Below, piece after piece: positions 37,243-48,900 of a DNA stretch of 64,000 bases (positions within the stretch are counted from its first letter, which is position 1; every line of letters begins with the position of its first letter). The notes beneath the pieces are model-generated. The model had not been told where the DNA came from. It did no database searches and saw nothing but the letters and a program-made list of their open reading frames with translations. The DNA lies in NCBI GenBank assembly GCA_002633005.1, contig NMRA01000239.1, positions 491,150 through 555,149 on the forward strand, in the 5' to 3' direction. The position numbers and the translations under genes are program-made. This stretch comes from Phoronis australis (lineage: Eukaryota; Animalia; Phoronida).

Positions 37243-37816
37243 GAGCTCAGAGAAGTAGGAGACACCTTTTTGCAATGCTTGATTGTCAGCCAGTGAAGCT
37301 AGGATTAGAACACAGTGCAGGGTTGCACGAAACAGTCCCAAATAGGGACTCAACTATATAAGTTCCCTAAATCTTTTGCCTGTTTTTTGAGTCTTTCTTT
37401 ACTCACAGCCGTAATCTCTTTCTAAGATTTTGCCTTTATTGTGATCTCCTCTTTGACTAATGAAATTTTCTAATAACATATTAACTAAAAACTGACCCTT
37501 GAATTCAGTGAAATTAAATAGGGTCTTAGTTATTAAGTTAGGGGCGTTGCATGAAAAGATCCCTGTTTATTTTCGATAATATTGAGAATTCAACATCAAG
37601 TTCACTCTCGATTTGTAACAAAACCAAAAATCGACTTAGCAATGACGCTAAAATACCTAAAGAAAGGACAATCGGTATTTTCACAAGTCACAGTCAATTA
37701 CGCAGTCGATTTAGGAAACTTAGTTGAGTCTCTGTTTGGGACTGTTCCATGCAACCAGGCACATGTCTCCCAAACAGGAGTCCGGAGATCAAACCACTGA
37801 GCCATACTGTCTCCTC
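37243..37816 (-). mobile_element. Second SINE copy, split by a ~450-bp TIR MITE (~37315-37762)
   Basis: The two SINE halves match 46082-46206; the insert has ~45-bp TIRs ggttgcacgaaacagtcccaaatagggactcaacta / tagttgagtctctgtttgggactgttccatgcaacc. Confidence 0.8.
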
Positions 37817-38446
37817 ATAATAGTTTATTTCTTAACGGTGAGACAGTGCTCTAGTGGTAAAGTGAGAGGTAAGTAGGCGCCCAAAGTCCACCGTATCACC
37901 TTGAGCACTGGACGTAAGTTACGGAGCGTAGGTGCTACATGTACGTTCAAATGCCAAAAGGTGGTTGGCTGCGCCTACGTGCGCCTACGCCCCACTACAG
38001 CTGCACTGGGTGAGAGTAAACCTCCTCTAGCTACCATTTAATTATTATGATCACGTAAAAAAGAAGTATGTTCTTTTTTAAATTGAGAGAGCCCGGGTTA
38101 TACCTAATTAACAAAAATTCATCATAATTTTAACAACTTTATTATTAGTGTATCCAGTTGTGTAGCTAATGCTCCGTCTATGATGCTAAGCGTGAACAGC
38201 TCTCTTGCAGTCTCCAATCCAATGATCAGATCTGGCTAGCGTTCAGTAACGCTAGGACCTAATGGACTTAGTCAAAATCTAGCCAAAGCCGCGTAGTGTT
38301 ATTTAAAACACACGGCAATATCTCAGTAATCTCGCGAGGCAGGTCTCAGTTTAATAAAGTTCCCATGCCAAATAATGTCGTGTGGATGTCGCACGATATT
38401 GCTTAATTTGCGTGATCCATGCGACGGGCAAGAGATAGTAGACAAT

Positions 38447-38730
38447 ACCATCATTAGCTATGTTGAAAACGACACATTTCGACTAAAGACTTTAGATTCG
38501 CCACGAAAAACCTGTGTTGAATGAGCAGCTCACAGGCGTGTACCGCACGCTGGCTCTGTTTCGATTGGGTTGTGGGTTTCCCATCGTGTGTTGCATTCAC
38601 ACTCTCTGCTTGTATACCCCTCTTCCACCTGTCATGTGTATTGCACTGTTTATTTCGCTACATATGTTCATTCCACTTATTGCCTGATGATGAGACATGC
38701 AGTCTCGAAATCAGGAAATGTAATAGCTAG
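38447..38730 (+). mobile_element. Penelope-like retroelement 3' fragment with a hammerhead-like motif
   Basis: TIISYVENDTFRLKTLDS/(frameshift)KPVLNEQ resembles the GIY-YIG PLE C-terminus; downstream CTGATGA-t-GAGAC-atgca-GTCTC-GAAA at 38684-38710. Confidence 0.6.
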
Positions 38731-39284
38731 TGTCTTAATTTGTTTGTTGGTTATGTCTTAGGTGTTTTGCTACACAGCTGCACACCTGAAGAAAGAAGAT
38801 GGTCTCAATACTACGAGCGACTCTGTATCGTGTTTTTAACTAAAGTTGTACTGACAGGGAAAAAGGACATACACCTGTATATTCCCCATTGAACTTAGTG
38901 TTAAAACATGCATTTTTTATTGCTTATCCTAGGTACATGATCTTGGTATAGTATTAGAGTTCAGGTCATGCTTGATCATTTGGATATATTTTAAGGGAAT
39001 TGTAAACTTTCAAAATTATTGTAACACATCTCGACGTCTTTACGTTGCACCTAACATCCACGCAGCATCTCATTCAGCTCTCGGTGACCAAGGGCCTCCG
39101 TTTTGACAATGTTTGGGTTCATTACACTGCAAAATATTAAAATAACACACAGTAGATACAATTTGTTCGGAAGAAGTTTTCGGTGATTTGTTCTTAACGC
39201 ACTTCTTTTGTACTAAAAAACATTGCACCCTAAGTCCTGTATGTACATTGCATAGCGGGAAGCCGTTATTCAGTGGAGAAAACA

Positions 39285-39440
39285 GCCTCCCGTTCAGTAA
39301 CGCTAGGACCTCGCTAAAAAGCAAGACTTCGCGAGATTACGTGAGATATTGCCGTGTATTTTAAATGAGAACACGTGACTTTGACTAGGTTTTAGCTAGG
39401 TCCTAGCGTAGGTCCTAGCGTCTACTGAACGCACGCCTGG
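39285..39440. mobile_element. ~150-bp MITE (cgttcagtaacgctaggacct TIR); copies at ~41930-42079 and inverted partial at ~38236-38340
   Basis: Near-identical dispersed copies with terminal inverted repeats. Confidence 0.8.
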
Positions 39441-42400
39441 TTCTCAATATATGGGCACGTTATATCCGACCATTACCGGAAACAACACCTGAACAAACGA
39501 ATGGAATGATGGAACTGAACAGTTAAGCTGCGGCCGCGGGGAATTTGCACTAGAGTTAGGCTAGGCTTGGGGGCATTTTTAGTTAGGTACTGCATGTAGG
39601 CCACGTGAATTTTGTTTTGTTTGTATTAATTTTGTGAACATGCTGAGAATGAAGAAAGACCACTTGCACAGCTGTAGCTGCTCTTTTCTTCAAGATGGCA
39701 GCCTCCTGTTGCGGTAGCGACTGAGAAATTGGCCGCTATTTCAGGTAGCCATCATACATGCCAGATTTGCAAAAAATGGTTGATTGGCAGTACGTTTGGA
39801 CCACATTTTTGGAATAGGTAGGAAATTTGTTTTCAAAATCTAATAATGGCTTTAGTCGAGCGTTGGCAGGGAAGTGATGGTTTTGGGGTGGAAAGTGCCG
39901 AGTTTGAGTTTTTTACCCCTTTTTGCTTAGTCTACGTTGCTTTTCAGTAGGAGTGAATAGATCAAAAATACAAGAGAGAATAAAGTTGTTGTGCTCATCT
40001 GTAGGGCATGTGATGTGAATTGACTAAAAATTTTTCGTTCTTTATATATTAATAGTTTTTGACAGAGTGAAGAAAGAGTGACGAGTGCGTTGACGTGTCT
40101 TTTGATAGGCAAACCCCTGTGAGAACTGTTCTGTGCCCCAATTCAAACCAACTCTCAGGAAGGTACCTAGATCCAAGTTGACATTCTAGCTGGACAGTTC
40201 CAGGATCTGACTTAAAACACTTTGACGCCACAAGGTTGTGTTGTGGAAACCAAACGTCGGATTTGTGATGGAAGGTGGATGTCAACAGCAGCTTTCACAA
40301 AGTACTTCCATTGACTTGTAGCAGTGCAGAAACAGAGATCTTCGTATCAACGAGGACAAAAATGTGACGTCGTAGATAAGCCTTGGCTGTAGAATTGACT
40401 ACAACTGTGTGAATATGCCCTGAAGCGGAAAAGGGAAGTGAAAAGTCTGCCACAATAGTGTAAAGTATTAGCTAGGAACTTGTTCCTAGGTATTGGTAAT
40501 AAAAACTTACATCTTTTTTAACTCTGTAGTCTTTGAATCGGCAAGTAGGCGCAGGATTTCACTAAAATATGCATGTGTTTTTAAATCTCATTTCCCTAAC
40601 CCTAACCCTAACCCTATTAACTCTCAAAAGGTACAATCCTCCGGCTAATAAGAGGCTAATAGATACCTTCATGCTAAAAGCGAGTGCATAGATAGGTGCA
40701 GAGTAGGCCTAGCGGTATTAACGACGTACCTAGCAAAACGCGCATGTGCGTTACGCCTATACTCATCCTGGCAGCAATGTCGACAAAATAGAGAAATGTC
40801 TGTATTAACGCAAGCATTGAACTACAATTACATGTATTGTCAAGACCAAAATGTTACACCAAACGTCTGTAACCTTAAATTAGTCATAAATTTTAAGTCT
40901 ATAAAACGGCCAATTTCGTGATGAATAATACTCTGGCATCGTTTCAGTTCGCTAAGACCGATCTCTTGTATGCACTAATTTGACCGATGAGTACTCCCAT
41001 CTTCAACAAAATCAATATAGTCCTGCAGTGGCCTGGTGACTTGCCGACTTTCAAGCCGCTTCAGTTACCGTCTTCAACAGGGTGCCATTCAAGATCATTT
41101 TATGGGGGCCCATTTCACAAAATTAGGTCTCAGTTTCCACACTGTAGCACAGCTGGTTTTCTGAACACGATGCAGAGTGATTGACATTTTAAATCCTTTA
41201 ATCAATAAAGATGAGGTGCCTCCCTTTTATAATCAAGGTAAGAGCACTAATCGCATATTGAAATTGTATAATAAGTAGGTCTAATGTATTCGTCACCGCA
41301 GCGTTCTACCCAGTGAGCTTCGGTGTTCACCACCCGAGGTCTCTCCATGCAGAGTTTGTAGGCATTGCATTGTTCACACTGCGTTTTGCCTGGCATTGAC
41401 CACGTCACTGGACCTACTGCTATTCTCCAACTCTTTCAAAAAATGTGTGAACAAAATGAAACACTGTGAGTCGTTTCACATCTAAACCCTATGTATTGCA
41501 ACAAAACTTTATTCTGTATCGCAATTTGGCTCTTTCACATACATCGAAATAGAAAGCGTAGGAAAATAAACTGATAGTTACAAAACCACCAACTCCCAGC
41601 CAATGCTACACAAAAGCTAACAGTACATTCTGAACACATATTTCCCACAGACTCCAAAAAGGTGGCCCAAAAGTGCCGCCAGGCAACTGGATTTTTTGCA
41701 ATTCTGAGGTTCAATATTTGAGGGCTACCTGAAATCGCTGCAGATTTCTCATTCGCTACACTGAAACGCAGCAATGCTACAGGGGGCTGCCATGTTAACG
41801 AAACGTGAATCCACAATCAAAATAATGACCTTTCTCATTGCCAACATGTTGGAAAATACATGCAAACCAGATCGACTGAACCTACTTTTTGTAACTAGCA
41901 GTGCCGGACTACACTGCGGCGCTAAATCTGCCTCCCGTTCAGTAACGATAGGACCTCTCTAAAAAGCAAGCGAGATTACGTGAGATATTGCCATGCATTT
42001 TAGATGAGGGCACGTGACTTTGACTAGATTTTAGCTAGGTCCTAGCGTAGGTCCTAGCGTCTACTGAACGCACGCCTGGCCAACCCCAATTGTTTGATTT
42101 CCGCGGCTTACTCTACTCGTTGTAATAGTCATGTAATTAGCGCATCGCGTGCTTTTTTATTTAACCCCTTACTTTGACGATAACTGGTTGTACTGTTCGG
42201 AGATTTAGATTTATGTTTTGCTAATGTGCATTGTTTTATTTGCGTCGATGGCGTTGATCGATGAACTGTTATCTAGTATGTTTCCCATGCGCGCACCCAG
42301 CGGGGGGAAGGGGAGGGGTTGGTTTGGGGGGGAGGCTCGAATGAGCACCTGGTGTACTTGTACCGAAAATATCAAGTTTTGTTGAAAAATACTCAGATTG

Positions 42401-45400
42401 GGACCACAGATCAAATGCTCGAGATACGTCAGAATTTTTCTTGTAGCGGACCCTACAGATGTTCTGAGCGCCATCTATGAAGACTGCCGTGAAGTTTTTA
42501 ACCAAACCTTAAAGGGGTTGCATAGGAGCGAGCGCATTCAAAAATACACTCAAGCCGAGCAGCATGCATTATAGCAAAGCAGCCATGAAACCACAGCTAT
42601 GGAGAGTTTTTGTTGACTTTTTGCTGAGACGTAAAAATATAGCATGAAGCAACTCATGACGCGAAATATTATCAGGTTATAGGGTGTCTGGTTTGTTTCT
42701 GACAATGAAAAGTAGTTGCATTAAACTGGAATTAATCTTTTAAAGTCATTCAAGTACTTTGTTTTTGCATTTTAGTTTAATAAATTTTCCACTTAGAAAA
42801 AGTGCCCGGCATTTGCTCCTGGTTGAAGAAAACTGTACCAGAACTTATCCCGATCAAGTCTTAACCCCGTTTTATGCAACTGGGCCCAGCCAGGGAATAT
42901 TGGGCTAATGACTGAAGCCAAGTCACCCATATGCCCAGACCTGTTAACTCTCACGTTTTTACCTTGGCTCACGTTTTTGACATGATATCGCCATGCCATT
43001 CCATTGTGCTTTAAACTCACGTCATTCTAATTTTTTAGAAAAGATAACATTAAATCAGACTTAAAACCCAAGACTGACTTCCGTGGGACACTAATTCGTT
43101 GGAAAACTTGGTCAGATGGCGTAGTGTCCAGTTTGCAGGGATAATAATATGTTTAAAATATTTTTTTATATACGACGGGGACAAACCACCCCCGTCCTCT
43201 TTGCGGGGCGATCATTGGATTAACAGCTTCGAAAACAAAGAATTGAAAAATGAAAGGTTTTTCTGTTAAAAATCAACCAAACATTTGAAAAAAATCTTCC
43301 ATCTGGCAGAGTTCCCAACAGTTTATCAATATGAATGAAATATTTCAGGCAACCACGATCCCCAGCCTCTTTGTCGTGTTTTCTGACGGAAACAGAACAG
43401 AAGAAGTACGCTGTAGGGAAGGGCGATGAGCCGTTCTCGTCCATAAACCGCAGTAGAAACCAGGTGGCGTTTTGTGCAACTTGCGACAGGTTTTCAACAT
43501 GTCATGACGCTATAGTGGGACGAGTGACTGTCCTTGCAGTTTGAATTCTTAAAGCAGCAGGCTCTGTTCGCGTGATCATCGTGCATTTCTATTTTATTCG
43601 TTTACAACCGCAACTGACCCAGGGGGGCTCGAATTTTTCAGTATGTGGTCCTTTTACTGAAAAAAGGGGACAAAAATAAAAAAACGGGGTACCACGTTCA
43701 GACCTATAAATTGTGCATTCGCGCCGTATTCCTGTGGACTTTTGTGTCGTTTTCTCGGAAGTTTTTCTCTGAGGCGGACCTTTTTGTCCACTTCGCCAAA
43801 TGTAGGGGCTCGTTCAGCCCCCCAAGCACCCCTGGGTGCGCGCATGGTTTAGCTGTTTTTTGTTCCACGATAACCGGCGTACCTCAATAGTGGAAGCATT
43901 GACAAAAGTCTTGTAGCATGCCGGACATAGGTACACCTAAGCCGAACGAGTCTTACGAGTTTTACGCTTGAGCTGTAACGGAAATCACTTATCCTACTTC
44001 AAGTGCTACTTGTAGTCTAGTACAGATATCCAGCTGGGTTGTAGGAAATGTGGTTACAACGTCATGAATTTATTCATGACCACTGTCGTTGGCGACTCAG
44101 CAGAATGTGTTGTCAGTAAATTAAACTTATAAATTACTGACGAGAAAAACGATCATGAGATACGACTGAAGCCGGAGAAGCGTGTCTCCAGAATCCACAC
44201 AGAGACAGGATGTGGCCTCGACAGGGAAGCGAAATGTCTATGCAGAAACGTGTAAAAATTTGGCAAACTTCAGAACATCATACATGTATCTCAAAATGGC
44301 AGATTGGATTCATATGAAGCTTTCAGATACCATGCTTTATGAAATGTTCGCCCAAGTTTTTTGTTCTAATCCACATATTTCGCACGAGGGCTACCAAAAA
44401 TAAGAGTGATGGCTTTCATAAAAAATCAAAACTGGCACGAAAAGAAAACGAAATTATAACTGTAACAACATTTTTGTGATTGAGAGTCATCTGTGCCTCT
44501 TGAACATTGATATCGAATGAAGTGTGTTTACGTTATTGGTGCCTTCATTTTGCCACCAATGTACCGTTCTTTTTGATAGATTTTACAAAAGGGCATTTTC
44601 ACGTGACCCAAATAGTGACAGATTGCAATTAAGAAGTCAAAAATCAAATTCTTCAGATTTTCCAGTTTCAGAAAAGACACGCCATTACCGAGCTAAACTC
44701 GATAGTTTTGAACATACTTTGCAAAATACACAGAAGTATCGATGAGGTCCTGCACAACCTTAACTGAAACTGGTGGCGTGGAATTTGGTAGCGGTAGCGT
44801 TAAATGGTGGAAACCTCCACAACTCTGGTGGCGACTGCGGAGGGGCGTCCTCCATCCCCGACGTTAACCGGTCACTGACACCTAATGAATTTGGACTTAA
44901 ACCGCTTAGCATGACTCCGAATAGACCGTGTCAGATTGCCATATCAGCACTAATCGTAAACTATGACCAGTCCTGTCTTCAGTTGGATGTAGGCCTACGC
45001 CGCAGGTCGTGAATATCGTGAGGTGTCATAACAATATTTCAATGCTTCAGGTATCGTTGGTTGTTTGTTTAATGTGATGGCTAGGAGTGACGAGATTAAC
45101 AATATTTCAACACAGCTTTGAGGTATATTTTAATTGCCAGCCTATTAATTGTGACCACTGCGCACATGCGTTCCTAGTGGAGGTTAGCCACAACGAGGCG
45201 TTATCTAAGGATTTAACTTACCGCTGAGTTGTGTGCCAACTTCCCTTTTTATGGTATAAACAGTTGCTACATATGCGGTGATTACCATTTTTGCGGATTT
45301 TAATGCAGGCGATTGAGGATATGTTTACGATAAACCAACGCTGAATCACAGGGAGTTAAGTACAGACTCCGTAGGCACACACGGTCTTTGTGGGTATATC

Positions 45401-45787
45401 CAATATAACGTTATTCATTGACCCCAAGTGCCAGGCGTGCAGAACCTGCTCCTGGCTCATGTCCAATGCTGTGACGAGAGAGAAAAATTGTGATGGTTCC
45501 GGTGAGGTCACATATTCAGAAGTCGCATGCATCAGAATTGCTGGGAACTTGCATTCAGTTGTGACAAAGAATGAGAAACCGAAATGAACTCCCGTAATAT
45601 TTATCGAGGCGCTTTACATTCGTCAGTTGTTACAATTTAAACCGTATCAGATTTAGAACAAAAATTCAGAATAACAAGTATTTTGAAATTCTTTCTTTTA
45701 ATTACATTAGTTGGACTGACGATCTGCGCCTAGATTGTTTCTGTATTGTCTCACTTCGAAGGCATTCGTAATTTGCAGTCTGCGTGC

Positions 45788-45947
45788 TTACTTCCAGCCG
45801 ACGTAATGTCCATTATTCTGCTTTTTCAACCAGACGAGGAGAGGATTGAAATAGTCAATCATGGCAGCGTTGTCCATGGTCTTTTGTCGTGTCAACCTGC
45901 GCATCAAATACTTCCAGTGATACTTTCGCCCAAATCTGAGCATTTTT
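45788..45947 (-). CDS. ACE: ACE-like terminal exon
   Basis: [52 protein letters not shown] then TAA (45788-45790). Confidence 0.93.
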
Positions 45948-48900
45948 CTGAAAAATAGCAAAATGAGATTATATAAAACATAAATGAGATTATATAAAAC
46001 ATAAACACACCCTCAGAAATCGCTTTCGTATTGATATTCAGGTTCTCCTTCATTCCCGTGCATGCAATCATTACTAAGACCGAGATCAGAGGAGCAGGAG
46101 ACACCTTTGTGCAATGCTCGATTGTCTGTCAGTGAAGGCATGATTTGAACCCGGGTCTCCCAAACGGGAGACCACAGATCAAACCACTGAGCTACACTGT
46201 CCCCTCAGTTTGGAAACCAGTGAACTGGAGACCTAGATTGTCCGGAATGGAAGGATATCGTCAAGCTGGGATAACTTACTTTGCAGATAGTGTAAAATAT
46301 GTCTCATAGAGCGGGAGATGGTTTGAGTATCTGACGATACAATAGTTCGTAAAAGCATCAATTGAAAAATCGCATTATTTCCAACAAGACGGCGTTAAAT
46401 AAGCGATGGAAACGTGGTTTTCTGTTTCATTACTTTGGTAAACAAAAAGGTAACTATTCCTAAGGGCGTCACATAGTTAATGAACTCGGTGCAACGCAAC
46501 CAGATAACTACATAAACAGAATTAATGATGTTTCCTACTCTAGAATGTTGTGAGAAAGATGCGTGTAGCAAAACTGCAAACTGGAAATAGGCCACGAAAA
46601 GCGTAATGTGACTGCATACCTCAGCTTTCTACCAGCCCGGCGAGATTTGTAGATATCGCACTGGTGAAGGTGACCTAAGTGATTAGCGGCATCACATAAG
46701 GCCTTATGGAACTGATACTGGATTTGGAAACTGAAGAAGTACCTTCAAATAGAATATGGATAGAAATGCAAAAGCCACGGAAAATAGTATTAATATCAGC
46801 CTCTGACATTCTTGATTGATGTTTCCAAAGTTTAGGCCTCGTTAAATAATTCCAGGTTATCTGATAAACTAAAATATTATGGATGGAGTCCTTGACCTTC
46901 ATTTTTAATACATGTAGCTACTCGTGTAACCGTCCTCAGTAATTTCGAGTAAACAATGACGCAGTTCGAATTTTGCGGGATTACCCACATGGACCTATAA
47001 TCAATGTCAACGACATTTATAGCTTAATGCTATACAGTACCACCGTCTCAACTCGCTGCAGTGAGGACGGTGGCTATCCCATCGGCCCTCCATACGTCGG
47101 ACGTTTTTCGACAAAACATGCCTCTCACTAATTAAACCATCAAATTCAAGTTGAGATAATTACACTTTCCGCATCTAGAGGGACACCTTAGGAGGCCGTC
47201 GATGTCTTTAACTCTTTTCAGCTTAAAATATCTCCAGCTCTAATCAAACGTTTTTTTTTAGCAGGGGATATGGCGTCATATCCATTGGCACCAGCAGCTT
47301 AAACATTGCCAGTTGCCGATTTGGAAAACTGAACGAAGTACAGTTCGTAGAACAAGTTCGGAAGTATTTGCAGGAGTTGGTATGAGTTAAAGATATCGGC
47401 GGTCCCTTCCATATCCAAAAGATATGACTTCATATCCCGTGGCGCGAGCAATGTAAAAACGACCAGTCGCCGATTTAGGCAACTGAACGAAAATACTGTT
47501 GCAAAAACTGGTGTATTGTTCCGAGCTTGTTGTGGTGGGAAAATAAACTTGTTCAGGAAAAAAGCAGATTTCATGGTATTCTGAACAACTTCAAATATTT
47601 CCTTTTCTTTGAAAGTAAGGAAACTTATATAATACTCGGTCTTTCTTGATTCGTTTAAATGATGTCATATGGCTAGGAAAAAGTGCACAAAATGGTATAT
47701 TTATATTATACACATGAATTTAAAAAGTTATATAACTATCAGTTTTAGCAAGTCCAACGTCATTACCGATCCTTTATTTAAAACTACAAAGATACTTAAA
47801 ATAAACTACTTGAATGATCGTGCATTCATCACGATTGTCAACCTTCATATTTTAATGCTTTCACTTTAATTACGTATACATCTTATCCACGCAGTCGCCA
47901 TTTTAAAAGTGAGCCTCTTTTTAGGTTTTAAAAACAATGCATTCTGCGCTTAATCACAGTGCAAAGCGTGATTTTTTTTCGCGTGCCTCGTTATATTTAT
48001 GTCTCAAATGCATTGTCTTTTAAACCTAAAAAGAGGCTCACTACTAAAATGATCTGCTTATTAATATTATAACAGGTAACGCCATCTTTTGCATGAACAT
48101 CTCATTGCCGCAAAGCTTTCCAAATGACTCTGTACCCAATGCCTTGTGATTAGCAACAGCCAGTGTTGCACCAAATGTTTAATCCCTCAATATTTTCGGT
48201 TATTAGTTACTTTAAGAATCTACTGTTTGTTATGGAAACTACAACATTGAATGCACCATTCGCAATTACTTATTACGCAACTAACATCTGTTCATGGTTC
48301 TACATTTAGATGTGTTCTTGCAGTAGGTGTCCTTTGCAGGAGGAGGTTGTTAATTTCGTCCTGTTTCTTTCCAAAACACAACATGATTTTAAGATGCCTG
48401 CTGAACAACCTCTACAAATTAGTCACAAAATGTTGCACGAACAGCGACTCGGAAGTTTAGACGCGTTTGTTTTTAACCACATGCATAAATATTTCCTTGT
48501 AACCTTCTGACCCCGAGTGTCGCTTGGTCACACAACAAAGCGCGTGCACAAGGTCGACGTTCGTAAACACAGACTCAAAACAGTGTTTGTTTATGTTTCA
48601 CAAGTTCACAATAACCCTAAATGTAATTTTCGGGTGTTGATGTTTAAATGTATGTAATTATGCTACGTGGCAATTAAAATAAGGTGTAAAACATAAAATT
48701 GGCAGAAAATATGTAAACTGGAGGCATTGGTGGACTTTAGAATATGTATAAAACCGTTTCACTCAAAACAGTGTTTCAAAATTCTTGTTGTAGAAATAAA
48801 GACTTTACAAAAATAACAATATCACATACAGTACGAGAAAAAAGAAGTGCAGTTTTGTTGATCTAGTCATATTAAATCCTCCTTTAATGCGTAGCTCTTC

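Noticed and set aside
40593-40615. (CCCTAA)n telomere-like repeat; also degenerate TTAGGG at ~49860-49921
   Set aside because: Only 3-4 units or degenerate; such tracts are common inside non-autonomous Helitron/Helentron-type repeats and do not indicate a telomere fusion
40990-41190. Possible CR1-like RT remnant on the minus strand (ILNGTLLKTVTE)
   Set aside because: Too short and interrupted to support
45961-46003. 21-bp direct tandem repeat next to the last ACE acceptor
   Set aside because: Simple slippage duplication; only two units, no spacer, not a CRISPR-like array
46130-46206. Possible tRNA gene
   Set aside because: A and B boxes are present but there is no acceptor stem, and it continues into a repeated body, so it is a SINE
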